Positions 48,887-61,800 of a stretch of 64,000 nucleotides of DNA are shown here, one piece after another. The DNA is taken from contig CATNEN010000039.1 in assembly GCA_950097015.1 (NCBI GenBank), positions 20,894,001 to 20,958,000 of the forward strand, written 5' to 3'. Positions within the stretch are counted from its first letter, which is position 1; each line of letters begins with the position of its first letter. The translations under genes and the position numbers were made by a program. This DNA comes from Macrostomum hystrix. Taxonomy: Eukaryota; Animalia; Platyhelminthes. The notes below the pieces were generated by a model. That model was not told the DNA's origin. It did not search any database and was given only the letters and a program-made list of their open reading frames with translations.

Positions 48887-50186
48887 CTAGAAGGGGCGCG
48901 AAACGAACCTGAATTTTTTCAATTGTTAGTTTAGCGCCGCAGATTTCTGTGGTAGTTAGCCGTAAGGGCTTCTTCTAGATTTCATCTTCCGTACGCCTAA
49001 ATCTTATCTCTAGAGACTGGACTTCAGTTCGAGTAACTGTCAATTAATTTTCTTGAACAGTTTCAATTTGATTCGGACTTTAATTTAGGCTTTTGTTAGA
49101 GTTTCCAAAATTCTGATTAGTGACTTTCTACTATGAGTAGGCTGTGTGAGCGGACTTCATGCTAGAGTGTCTTCGGGTTAGTGGCTGCTGCAGGAGTCAG
49201 GGACTGTCTGTGGGGTTTCCTGCGTGACTGTTCTGGGAGGGGCCATTCTTAACGAGGGACCGGGCAACGCCTTTCGGCCTTCTAACCGAGCGAGGGGAGC
49301 CCCCGGCAATGCAGCCGGGAATCGATGACTCGCTGAGCACCGGGGATTGGTTCTCTTGGGCAGCTTGCGGGCCTGCTTACGTGTACCTGATTCTGAAAGT
49401 GTCACATAGCTTTGACCAAGTCTGACTTTGGTGGGGAACAGTTAGGGAGGTGGGACTTCTGAGGGAGGTCTAGCGACCCCCGTGCCCGCCTCTCGAAACT
49501 GCCTACTTCAAGTATGGGCTAGAATTCGGTCGGCACGTTTTTCTAAGAGATTCTTTGAGGGGTTTTCTAAATGGGGTAGCCAGGCTTTAGCCATGGACTC
49601 CTATCCGAGCGAGATCCCAGGTATATCCCCCCTGGGCTTCCCAGTCTCGTTAATCGCGAGGGGGGCCCCCGGCAATGCAGCCGGGAACCGATGACTCCCT
49701 GAACGAGTCGGGGATTATCCTTTCTCTGAGTATCTTATTGAGGCGTGTACTTTCCAAGGTAGGGTGATAGGCTGTTGCAGGCGCAAGCTTGCAGTAGTAC
49801 TGACCCCGCCGTACCTATAGTGCAACAGTCCGCTATAGGGTTGCAGAACGAGTGCTAAGTTAAAACCTAGACTTCTATGTCCCAAACTTGAGTGCGCGCA
49901 AACAGTTGTCAGTAGCCAAGGCTGGAAGCAACGCTAGCCAGGGCCCTGGGCCCTTTTCTCTCTCACTGATCTTTGATCTCATTTTTGCGGTAGGGTTGCT
50001 TGCTAGGAGTAGGGGATTCGCCGCATTATTAATTAGGGCTGGACTTGACAGCTCAGGCTCATTTTCTTTCCCCCCGCACGATCTCCGGTCGTGATCTGTT
50101 TTTCCTTTCTCTCCTTCCCCATTGTTGCATTAGCGACAAACACCCCTTTCAATTCGCAAAAACCCTCATTTCTCTTTTGGCCGAAA

Positions 50187-50738
50187 ATGTCCGACCAGGA
50201 GGATGAGGTCGTCGAGGCCATCGGCGCCCCCCGCCCACCTAGAGGCCGCGCTGCTGCCGCAGCGCGCGCCGATCCCCCAGCGGCAGCAGCAGCTGCAGCC
50301 GCCAATCAAGGGGACCCCATCGAGCGCCTAGCCTCCCTGATGGAGCGTCTAGAGCCGCGTCGAGCAAGAACTCACAGGGTGAAAGTTGCCCTGGAACCAT
50401 TCGAATCGGCAGCAGACTCTTTTCCCCGCTGGCTGCGCCGGTTTAACCTGAAGGTTGAGGCTGAGGGCTTGGAAACAGAAGAGGAGAAAATCCTCACCCT
50501 GCTGGCCCACCTAGGCGGTGAACCCCTAACCCAAGCGATGACCCTGCCGCGCCGCGTGACCTATTTCCGGTTCGTGCAGGACCTGACCGAGGCCCTCAGC
50601 GGCGCCTGCACCCCCTATGCCCGGCTCCTCAGCGGGCGCAACCTGAGGCAGGACCGAGGCGAATCATATGCCTCATTCGCCGACCGCCTGAGGTCCGCTG
50701 CTGCGCAGGTAAATACCAACGGCCACGACCCAGGCTAG
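50187..50738 (+). CDS. gag: Short retrotransposon Gag (capsid-like), 183 aa
   Basis: LEPF...SFPRWLRRF, EEKILTLLAHLGGE and the MHR-like LRQDRGESYASFADRL. No CCHC knuckle before the stop. Confidence 0.82.
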   Translation: MSDQEDEVVEAIGAPRPPRGRAAAAARADPPAAAAAAAANQGDPIERLASLMERLEPRRARTHRVKVALEPFESAADSFPRWLRRFNLKVEAEGLETEEEKILTLLAHLGGEPLTQAMTLPRRVTYFRFVQDLTEALSGACTPYARLLSGRNLRQDRGESYASFADRLRSAAAQVNTNGHDPG

Positions 50739-53530
50739 GGAAAGGTAGCTCCCGCTGCGGGTGCCCCGAAGCACTCACCCGGCCGTGCTAGGCGACCGAG
50801 CCCCACTGGAGACCTCGTTGGGGAAGCGATCCCCCATTCTGTTACACTTTTTGCTCCTTTTCTCCTATTGTGCATGCCTTCCTTTTTCATCAAAGCCGCC
50901 TTGGCACAAAAATCTCATAAAAATTCTTATAATTTAGCCAGAAACCCAAAAACATACCTAGTGGGGTGAAATTCCCCTAGTACTTTTTCGCATGAGATGC
51001 TTATCTAATTGTAGCAAATTAGGGAATGCACCTTCTTTTCTCAAAGAGCATTTTACTTTTAATCGCACCACATCATGCATAGCACCTCTGCCTTATCTTG
51101 CTTCATATTGGTGGGTCTGTGGGAGTTCAATTTAGGACAACTTCTAAATTAGGAGGGACACCAACCCGCTAAAGTGAGCGGGGTGGTATGCCTTGGGAAA
51201 TTCTATGCTTCTTTAAGGGTGGGAAGGCGGTTCAAATCAAAAAAAGGCCATCTCGGCGCCAAAACCTCTTAAAAACTTATATAAACTAATCAAAATCCAA
51301 AAACACACTTAGTGGGGTGAAATTCCCCTTGTAAAGTTTTCGCATGAGATTTTTCGATAACTGTAGCACATTAGGGTTCGCACCTTCTAAACATTTAGTT
51401 CTATTTGCACCGTTTATGTGAATGGCACCCTGTATCTCTCGTTTTTGCCTGGGTTGTCGGGAGTTTAGTTCATGTCGGCTTCTATCTTAGGAGGGATACC
51501 AACCCGCCAAAGTGAGCGGGGTGGTATGCACGTGGGATTTCAATGTTTGTCTAGAGTTGGTGGTTATAAATCAAGAGGCCAACAGGGTTACCTAGTTAAG
51601 TTCTATGGGAGGCAATGTGGTTGTTACAACGAACCAGAGATTTCGAATGATTTGGGCTTCTTTTTCCTCTGGGATTAAAAAAATCGCAGATCAGGGGAGT
51701 AGTTTTTTTCTTGCTTTGTCCGGATGGTGAGCACCTGGGTAGGAATTTCGTAATAGATTGTTTGAATCGGAAGGCCTAGGTGTACTGTAATGTAGATTAG
51801 CAGTCAGAATTAATTTTTCTATTTTATTTGTCGCTAGGCGGTTGTAAAGTTCGAGCAGCATAAATTAAAAGAATGAACAACGGGAGTCAGCAAGAAGTTA
51901 ATCATTTCAGGCCAAATGGCATTTAGTACTATATTTGTGTTTTTTTAAAAGAAGGGGGAGCAGGTTTTGTTCCCATTAGTGGGGATTGATAGATAGGTTG
52001 CCATGGGGGTAATTCCCAGTTGGCGGTTTCAATCCGGAGTATATTTCAAATGGTGGCCTGGGAACAATTTTATATTTCAGATGGTGGCTAGCTGTAGTTA
52101 TAACTTCAGAAAGATGGTTTCCAACTTACGAACGGCGAGAGATACTCGCACGGGCTGCTGCCCGACCGGAGCCATCGGCTGCTCCCTCTGCAGCGAATCA
52201 CCTCTGGAAGATAGGAGGGCGAAATTAGTAGAACTTGATAGCAACAACCGCCAGAGAGTATGATAATTATGTAATTCAACCTATTCCAAATCTAGACTTC
52301 GAATTTCAATGGTCCTTTAGCTCATAGAGTCAGGGCGAGGGAGATTCCGCGCCCATAGGCCTAGTGGTGGCAATCGCAAACTAAATAACTTTCAATGTAA
52401 TCAATCATTAACTAAGGAAGGGTTTTTCGCAGTCCCGGGTCGGGGTCAATCCCAACTTCTCGGGATAAAACGGCGTGCCGGGGGCAGCAATTACATTCGT
52501 TTCTATTATTATGCAATTAACCTTGTAATAACCCATTAATAACCGGCCTTGGGGGGCCGAGTGGAAGCAAAAAACAACTCACCTTTCTTCTCCAGGCAGA
52601 GGCTGATCCTCTAAGCGTGGCATCATCGGCGGGCAGTAGTTCTCATGTTAGCAGCAGAAGATATCGGAGGAAATTTCGAGGTTTTCTTTTTATTTCTCTG
52701 GGAAAGATAGCAGCTTGAGTTTAATGGGGCGTTAAGTGATTGTTTTTATAGCACTTAGTTAAGGGTCATGGTGGCGGTCTAATCGCCAGCCAATGGGAGC
52801 AAAGTGGGAATTCCGGGCAGAACCAGTTCAGGGGGCCCGTGGTAATAGTTTAGTTGTTGGGGCTCTGACCTTTTCGGTGAGGAGACACCTCGGTCGGCAA
52901 CAGCACCACAAGCGGCCGAGCAGCGGTTTCCCCAGCTGCGACCAGCTGCAGCGCCGATTGGACCGCGCGCAACGGCTAGGCAACCGGCCCGGCGAGCATT
53001 CTAGGGCACGGCCAGCCGGAAACACCTGGAGCGCGCGGCGAATCAGAGGCTACCAACGCCCGGCAACAGGATCGGTGAGGACGCAAAACGGGCCAGCCAA
53101 TCTGGAACCACCTGGTGAGAGCACGGCCGGACCCCTCGGACTCAAGGAAAGACGGCCAGAGCCTCCCAGGATTGCGCAACCGAGACCAAGCCGGGCAGGA
53201 GAAGATGGGCACAGCTGCGACCACCTGGAGAAGAAGGCGAGCCGGGACAAGGCACACCCCGCGGTCACCAAGGGCAACTTTACCGCGAACGGAATGCGCA
53301 CCCACCCCCCATAGGACGCTATACCGTAATCACTAGGGCCGCCGACCATTTTATACTCACGCACCAATCTATTTATAGTAACCGTACGTACGTACGCATT
53401 AGGATTTCTTCTCTAGCGGAATTCTTCTTAGGGTTCTGTACAGTATGTTGTAGGTAATTTTTATTATTTTTCCCCTCGATTCTCGAGACACCCCGCTACT
53501 ACTGTCAGTAGGCACGTAAGTGTCTTACGT

Positions 53531-53550
53531 GAAAGTGAGCGAAGGTGGAG
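53531..53550 (+). promoter_or_regulatory. Polypurine tract
   Basis: gaaagtgagcgaaggtggag immediately precedes the 3' LTR. Confidence 0.8.
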
Positions 53551-55874
53551 TGATGTGGAGTGTGCTGCGGGAATCGAGTGGGAATGTGAGCCAGCCGAAT
53601 TTTTCCAATTTTTAGCAAGTTAATAATCGCGACCCACATAGCAGCTGGCCGCAGAACACCATCATTAATCTTAGGGCCAGACTTGGGGCGGAGGTGAATT
53701 AAGTAGCCGCCGATTCCCCTTGTCTCGGATCTGTCTAGTCCCCTGTAGAAGTGACTGATCGCGGCCATAGCAATACTGTATGGACTAGTTTAGGTCATAA
53801 TTCCCCTCCAAACCGCGATCAGATTGTAGGGATCACTCATGCGTCTAGAGTGAGCATTAATTCTTCATGTCCCTTTTCTTTACTGTAACCCGAGCCGAAG
53901 CTCGATTATGACCTTTCCCCCTTTAGATACATGTAACGACACTATAGGCAGGTCGGCGCCTGCGCTTCCCATATCCCGGCGGGATCACAATCATTGGCCG
54001 ACTGCCGGCAGACGCTCCTAGTGGAGCATCTGGCGATTCTCGCCGCCGCTTCAGTGGGCAATTGGGGTGGCATAATGCCGACCCGATTCCTCGCTGACAG
54101 GCTGGCGAGCATGTGGGTTATTTTGATGAATGCGAGGTTGACGGAGCTGCAGGACTATTTAAGAGAGCGCGCTGCGCTGCCCCTAGGACAACCTTCCCTC
54201 CACCCTGGACTAAAACCTACCCCCCTTCCTGTCTGGTCCCGGAACACGGTCCGTGGACTCTCCCCCTTACTAGATAGGACTTAGCCCCTGAGCCTAAGGC
54301 TCCAGATCATAGCAGCAGGCAACTACCTGCTAGTGCCCCTAAGCGCAAGCCACCTCCTTGGGTGAGCTCCAAATTGAGCCGTGTGCTCCTGCGATTTGGT
54401 CCCTTGCCAATCGCACTAGGCACCCCCGTCCCTACTTCCTCTTTCAATTGCCTTTCCCAGCGAGACCAACGGCCTGCAGCCTGTCAACCAGCATCGCAGA
54501 TAAGTAACCCGCGTAGCGGACTTTTATTGCTATCCCTAAGGGATTTATTATCTAGCTAGTGGGCAATTGGGGCAAGGGCAGGGTTTCGATTCTAGCCTAA
54601 TAAACTATTATTCATCTTAGTCGCCAATCATTTAACTATTAGGCAATTTAGTAACAATTTAAATCACTTTCTATCATGCTGTTATTTCCCCTTTATTTTC
54701 TCATTGGACAGCCCTCAATCATGAGTGGCTAATTCACTAGGGGAATGGGCTCTGGCGAGGCCGAGCTGAAAGCTGCGGCAAGAAGGCTACTGTGAGCGCG
54801 CATGAGAGTAATATGGAGCTAGGGATTTGCGAGCTAAATGCGGGATGTAGCGTGTGCATTTCTGCCTACGAGGTGGGGGATTCCTTGGCCGGCTTTCCTC
54901 ACTCTCTCGGCGGGTTCCAGTGTATGCGTCAAGTTCCTTTGCCAATTTGAATTCTCCCTCTTTTCCCCGCCTTTCGCAACCGCGGCCATGGGAGCGAGAG
55001 GCGTGATCTAATAATTTCCTGCTTGCATAATCACTCAGCCAGTGTTCAGCTTAATCTCTCCTGCCTCTGTTCTCCTCAACTCACACAGAATCGGCTTGCT
55101 AGTTATCTAATGAGTAGGCTGCAGTCTAATGTACGGAATGTGTCTAATGTCTCATGAGTAGGATTCTGGCTATGGATTTCTCATTCGGGTTCGGAGTACC
55201 ACCTTTCTAGACCACTGTAGCGCAGTTTCAGGAATCCCCTTGTGAGGCGTGACTCGATCCATTCTGGGGTTCTCACCCTAGTCTAAAACGGAAGTTACAG
55301 AATGCTCTATTTTTCGGCTTGTCTAAGATCTGTGTGACAAACTAGGAGCTGCGAGCTCCGGGGACCCAAGTTCCCAAATGTCTGCGGTGGCAACGTAGGC
55401 GCATTGGGTGGTGGCGCTACCTTCGATCATTATCCGCTTTGCCGATAGCCTTTCCGCATTTCTAAGACAAGAGCCTAGGCCGAGTCGACCACTGCTACCA
55501 AAGTTAGGAGTCAGTTACGAACATGCTACTGATGACAGTAGGCTATCTAGCCCTGTCCTATTCGCTTGCGGGTAGTCCGACATCTATTTAGACTTTTAGC
55601 CGGTTTCGAGCACTGCTTGGGGTGGGCACGGCAGTCATGCCTGTGGCCTATGGGTTGGGTGGGACTGGCCAGCCTGAGGCCAATAGGACCACTCACTTGC
55701 ATCCTTTGTACCGCCTCATCTCTCCCTTCATCTCTCCCTTCATCCCTCCCTTCGTCATCCCTCTCTGCGACAACTCGCGGCAGCAGCGATCGACCTCCGA
55801 CTCTATCGTCGTTTTCCACACTCCTATCTTTCATGAGGGCGGTCATCGGCTGGCAAAAGGCCCGCACTATTTCA
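53551..55874 (+). repeat. 3' LTR (2324 bp)
   Basis: Only two differences from the 5' LTR noticed by eye (48337g/55344a and 48408t/55415c). Confidence 0.97.
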
Positions 55875-58800
55875 CTGCAAAGCTACTGGAATGAGATTCT
55901 TCAGGACTACAAAGCTACTGGACTGAGATTCTTCAGGACTGGAAAGCTACTGGACTGAGATTCTTCAGGAGGGGGTCGGTGGCAGAGCGGTTAACGCGTT
56001 TGCCACTCGCACCACAGTCCCTAAGTTCGATTCCACGGCGAGGCCACATTTATTTGGGGCGCCGCCGCGGAGAGAAGGCTTGGGGGCTTGTCGTACAATT
56101 TACGCCCTTGAGGGCCAACCTCCAAGGCACAGTTCGAGTGTACACTGCCTGACGATGAGAAAGTCAGGGCAGATGTACACACCTGTGTGAGCGTATGCCT
56201 GCGTAAGGTATCTGTGTGCGTGTGTGCTCAGGAGTCAGCGAAATGGGCAGAATTGCCTCCTCGCTGGCTGCGGGTCTAGTGTCACCAAACTATGTGTCAT
56301 TGCCCGCAGCCCTCCTGCAATTATTATTATTATTATTGAGATTCTTCAGGACTGCAAAGCTACTGGACTGAGATTCTTAAGGACTGCAAAGCCAATTAAT
56401 GGACTGACATTCTTCAGGACTGCAAAGCTACCAGACTGAGATTCTTCAGGACTGCAAAGCTACCGGAATGAGATTCTACAGGACTGCAAAGCTACTGGAC
56501 TGAGATTCTTCAGGACTGCAAAGCTACCGGAATGAGATTCTTCGGGATTGCAAAGCTACTGGACTGAGATTATTCAGGACTGCAAAGCCACTGGACTGGG
56601 ATTCTTCAGGACTGCAAAGCTACTGAACTGAGATTCTAAAGGACTGCAAAGCTACTGGACTGGGATTCTTCAGGACTGCAAACCTACTGGACTGAGATTC
56701 TACAGGACTGCAAATCTACTGGACTGGGATTCTTCAGGACTGCAAAGCTACTGGACTGAGATTCTTCAGGACTGCAAAGCTACTGGAATGAGATTCTTAA
56801 GGACTGCATACCTACTGGACTGAAATTTTACAGGACTGCAAAGCTACTGGACAGAGATTCTTCAGGAGTGCAAAGCTACCGGACTATGATTCTTGAGGAC
56901 TGCAAAGCTACTGGACTTAGATTCTTCAGGACTGCAAAGCTACTGGACTGGGATTCTTCAGGACTGCAAAGCTACCCGACTGAAATTCTTGAGGACTGCA
57001 AAGCTACTGGACTGAGATTCTTCAGGACTGCAAAGCTACTGGACTGAGATTCTTCAGGACTGCAAAGCTACTGGACTGAGATTCTTCAGGACTGCAAAGC
57101 TACTGGACTGAGATTCTTGAGGACTGCAAAGCTACTGGACTGAGATTCTTTAGGACTGCAAAGCTACTGGACTGAGATTCTTCAGGACTGCAAAGCTACT
57201 GGACTGAGATTCTTCAGGACTGCAAAGCTACTGGACTGAGATTCTTCAGAACTGCAAAGCTACTGGACTAAATTCTTCAGGACTGCAAAGCTACTGGACT
57301 GAGATTCTTGAGGACTGCAAAGCTACTGGACTGAGATTCTTTAGGACTGCAAAGCTACTGGACTGAGTTTCTTCAGGACTGCAAAGCTACTGGACTGAGA
57401 TTCTTCAGGACTGCAAAGCTACTGGACTGAGATTCTTCAGAACTGCAAAGCTACTGGACTAAATTCTTCATGACTGCAAAGCTACAGGACTGAGATTCTT
57501 CAGGACTGCAAAGCTACTGGACTGAGATTCTTCAGGACTGCAAAGCTACTGGACTGAGATTCTACAGGACTGCAAAGCTACTGGACTGGGATTCTTCAGG
57601 ACTGCAAAGCTACTGGAATGAGATTCTTCAGGACTGCAAAGTTACTGGACCGAGATTCTTCAGGACTGGAAAGCTACTAGACTGAGATTCTTCAGGACTG
57701 CAAAGCTACTGGACTGAGATTCTTCAGGACTGGAAAGCTACTGGACTGAGATTCTTCAGGACTGCAAAGCTACTGGACTGAGATTCTTCAGAACTGCAAA
57801 GCTACTGGACTAAATTCTTCAGGACTGCAAAGCTACAGGACTGAGATTCTTCAGGACTGCAAAGCTACTGGACTGAGATTCTTCAGAACTGCAAAGCTAC
57901 TGGACTAAATTCTTCAGGACTGCAAAGCTACAGGACTGAGATTCTTCAGGACTGCAAAGCTACTGGACTGAGATTCTTCAGGACTGCAAAGCTACTGGAC
58001 TGAGATTCTACAGGACTGCAAAGCTACTGGACTGGGATTCTTCAGGACTGCAAAGCTACTGGAATGAGATTCTTCAGGACTGCAAAGCTACTGGACTGAG
58101 ATTCTTCAGGACTGCAAAGCTACTGGACTGAGATTCTTCAGAACTGCAAAGCTACTGGACTAAATTCTTCAGGACTGCAAAGCTACAGGACTGAGATTCT
58201 TCAGGACTGCAAAGCTACTGGACTGAGATTCTTCATGACTGCAAAGCTACTGGACTGAGATTCTACAGGACTGCAAAGCTACTGGACTGGGATTCTTCAG
58301 GACTGCAAAGCTACTGGAATGAGATTCTTCAGGACTGCAAAGTTACTAGACCGAGATTCTTAAGTACTGCAAAGCTACTGGAATGAGATTCTTCAGGACT
58401 ACAAAGCTACTGGACTGAGATTCTTCAGGACTGGAAAGCTACTGGACTGAGATTCTTCAGGACTGCAAAGCTACTGGACTGAGATTCTTAAGGACTGCAA
58501 AGCCAATTAATGGACTGAGATTCTTCAGGACTGGAAAGCTACTGGACTGAGATTCTTCAGGACTGCAAAGCTACTGGACTGAGATTCTTCAGGACTGCAA
58601 AGCTACTGGACTGAGATTCTACAGGACTGCAAAGCTACTGGACTGGGATTCTTCAGGACTGCAAAGCTACTGGAATGAGATTCTTCAGGACTGCAAAGCT
58701 ACTGGACTGAGATTCTTCAGGACTGCAAAGCTACTGGACTGAGATTCTTCAGAACTGCAAAGCTACTGGACTAAATTCTTCAGGACTGCAAAGCTACAGG

Positions 58801-61800
58801 ACTGAGATTCTTCAGGACTGCAAAGCTACTGGACTGAGATTCTTCATGACTGCAAAGCTACTGGACTGAGATTCTACAGGACTGCAAAGCTACTGGACTG
58901 GGATTCTTCAGGACTGCAAAGCTACTGGAATGAGATTCTTCAGGACTGCAAAGTTACTAGACCGAGATTCTTAAGTACTGCAAAGCTACTGGAATGAGAT
59001 TCTTCAGGACTACAAAGCTACTGGACTGAGATTCTTCAGGACTGGAAAGCTACTGGACTGAGATTCTTCAGGACTGCAAAGCTACTGGACTGAGATTCTT
59101 AAGGACTGCAAAGCCAATTAATGGACTGACATTCTTCAGGACTGCAAAGCTACCAGACTGAGATTCTTCAGGACTGCAAAGCTACCGGAATGAGATTCTA
59201 CAGGACTGCAAAGCTACTGGACTGAGATTCTTCAGGACTGCAAAGCTACCGGAATGAGATTCTTCGGGATTGCAAAGCTACTGGACTGAGATTATTCAGG
59301 ACTGCAAAGCCACTGGACTGGGATTCTTCAGGACTGCAAAGCTACTGAACTGAGATTCTAAAGGACTGCAAAGCTACTGGACTGGGATTCTTCAGGACTG
59401 CAAACCTACTGGACTGAGATTCTACAGGACTGCAAATCTACTGGACTGGGATTCTTCAGGACTGCAAAGCTACTGGACTGAGATTCTTCAGGACTGCAAA
59501 GCTACTGGAATGAGATTCTTAAGGACTGCAAAGCTACTGGAATGAGATTCTTCAGGACTGCAAAGCTACTGGACTGAGATTCTTCAGGACTGCAAAGCTA
59601 CTGGACTAAATTCTTCAGGACTGCAAAGCTACAGGACTGAGATTCTTCAGGACTGCAAAGCTACTGGACTGAGATTCTTCAGGACTGCAAAGCTACTGGA
59701 CTGAGATTCTTCAGAACTGCAAAGCTACTGGACTAAATTCTTCAGGACTGCAAAGCTACAGGACTGAGATTCTTCAGGACTGCAAAGCTACTGGACTGAG
59801 ATTCTTCAGAACTGCAAAGCTACTGGACTAAATTCTTCAGGACTGCAAAGCTACAGGACTGAGATTCTTCAGGACTGCAAAGCTACTGGACTGAGATTCT
59901 TCAGGACTGCAAAGCTACTGGACTGAGATTCTACAGGACTGCAAAGCTACTGGACTGGGATTCTTCAGGACTGCAAAGCTACTGGAATGAGATTCTTCAG
60001 GACTGCAAAGCTACTGGACTGAGATTCTTCAGGACTGCAAAGCTACTGGACTGAGATTCTTCAGAACTGCAAAGCTACTGGACTAAATTCTTCAGGACTG
60101 CAAAGCTACAGGACTGAGATTCTTCAGGACTGCAAAGCTACTGGACTGAGATTCTTCATGACTGCAAAGCTACTGGACTGAGATTCTACAGGACTGCAAA
60201 GCTACTGGACTGGGATTCTTCAGGACTGCAAAGCTACTGGAATGAGATTCTTCAGGACTGCAAAGTTACTGGACCGAGATTCTTAAGTACTGCAAAGCTA
60301 CTGGAATGAGATTCTTCAGGACTACAAAGCTACTGGACTGAGATTCTTCAGGACTGGAAAGCTACTGGACTGAGATTCTTCAGGACTGCAAAGCTACTGG
60401 ACTGAGATTCTTAAGGACTGCAAAGCCAATTAATGGACTGACATTCTTCAGGACTGCAAAGCTACCAGACTGAGATTCTTCAGGACTGCAAAGCTACCGG
60501 AATGAGATTCTACAGGACTGCAAAGCTACTGGACTGAGATTCTTCAGGACTGCAAAGCTACCGGAATGAGATTCTTCGGGATTGCAAAGCTACTGGACTG
60601 AGATTATTCAGGACTGCAAAGCCACTGGACTGGGATTCTTCAGGACTGCAAAGCTACTGAACTGAGATTCTAAAGGACTGCAAAGCTACTGGACTGCAAA
60701 CCTACTGGACTGAGATTCTACAGGACTGCAAATCTACTGGACTGGGATTCTTCAGGACTGCAAAGCTACTGGACTGAGATTCTTCAGGACTGCAAAGCTA
60801 CTGGAATGAGATTCTTAAGGACTGCAAAGCTACTGGAATGAGATTCTTCAGGACTGCAAAGCTACTGGACTGAGATTCTTCAGGACTGCAAAGCTACTAG
60901 ACTGAGATTCTTCTAGACTGCAAAGCTACTGGACTGAGATTCTTCAGAACTGCAAAGCTACTGGACTGAGATTCTTCGGGATTGCAAAGCTACTGGAGTG
61001 AGATTCTTCAGGACTGAAAAGCTTCTGGACTTAAACTCTTTAAGGCTGCAAACCTACTGGACTGAGATTCTTCAGGACTGCAAACCTACTGGACTGAAAT
61101 TCTTCAGGACTGCAAACCTACTGGACTGAGATTCTTAAGGACTGCAAACCTACTGGACTGAGACTCTTCAGGACTGCAAACCTACTGGACTGAGATTCTT
61201 CAGGACTGCAAACCTACTGGACTGAAATTCTTCAGGACTGCAAAGCTACTGGACTGAGATTCTTCAGGACTGCAAAGCTACTGGACTGAAATTCTTCAGG
61301 ACTGCAAAGCTACTGGACTGAGATTCTTCAGGACTGCAAAGCTACCGGACTATGATTCTTGAGGACTGCAAAGCTACTGGACTGAAATTCTACAGGACTG
61401 CAAAGCTACTGGACAGAGATTCTTCAGGACTGCAAAGCTACTGGACTGAGATTCTTCACGACTGCAAAGCTACTGGACTGGGATTCTTCAGGAAAGCAAA
61501 GCTACTGGACTGAAATTCTTGAGGACTGCAAAGCTACTGGACTGAGATTCTTCAGGACTGCAAAGCTACTGGACTGAGATTCTTCAGGACTGCAAAGCTA
61601 CTGGACTGAGATTCTTCAGGACTGCAAAGCTACTGGACTGAGATTCTTGAGGACTGCAAAGCTACTGGACTGAGATTCTTTAGGACTGCAAAGCTACTGG
61701 ACAAAATTCTTCAGGACTGCAAAGCTACAGGACTGAGATTCTTCAGGACTGCAAAGCTACTGGACTGAGATTCTTCAGGACTGCAAAGCAACTGGACTGA

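Larger units (their letters stand above)
46544..55874 (+). mobile_element. Non-autonomous gypsy-like LTR retrotransposon (9331 bp, gag only)
   Basis: TG...CA LTRs, 4-bp TSD ctgc (46540-46543 and 55875-55878), PBS, PPT, a gag ORF and no pol motifs. Confidence 0.95.

Noticed and set aside
46516-48912. Short ORFs inside the LTRs
   Set aside because: No recognisable domains; they appear twice only because the LTR is duplicated.
50960-51330. FMN riboswitch (ggggtgaaattcccc)
   Set aside because: Only the T-loop hairpin matches; the other conserved FMN segments are absent and the context is eukaryotic.
55971-56045. tRNA genes here, at 38820-38897 and at 19880-19950
   Set aside because: A and B boxes are present but are followed by SINE bodies, with a tail and TSD at 55971; these are SINE heads.
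56145-56172. Hammerhead core in the SINE (ctgacga...gaaa)
   Set aside because: No stem II between the motifs; it is a simple cctgac/gtcagg hairpin.
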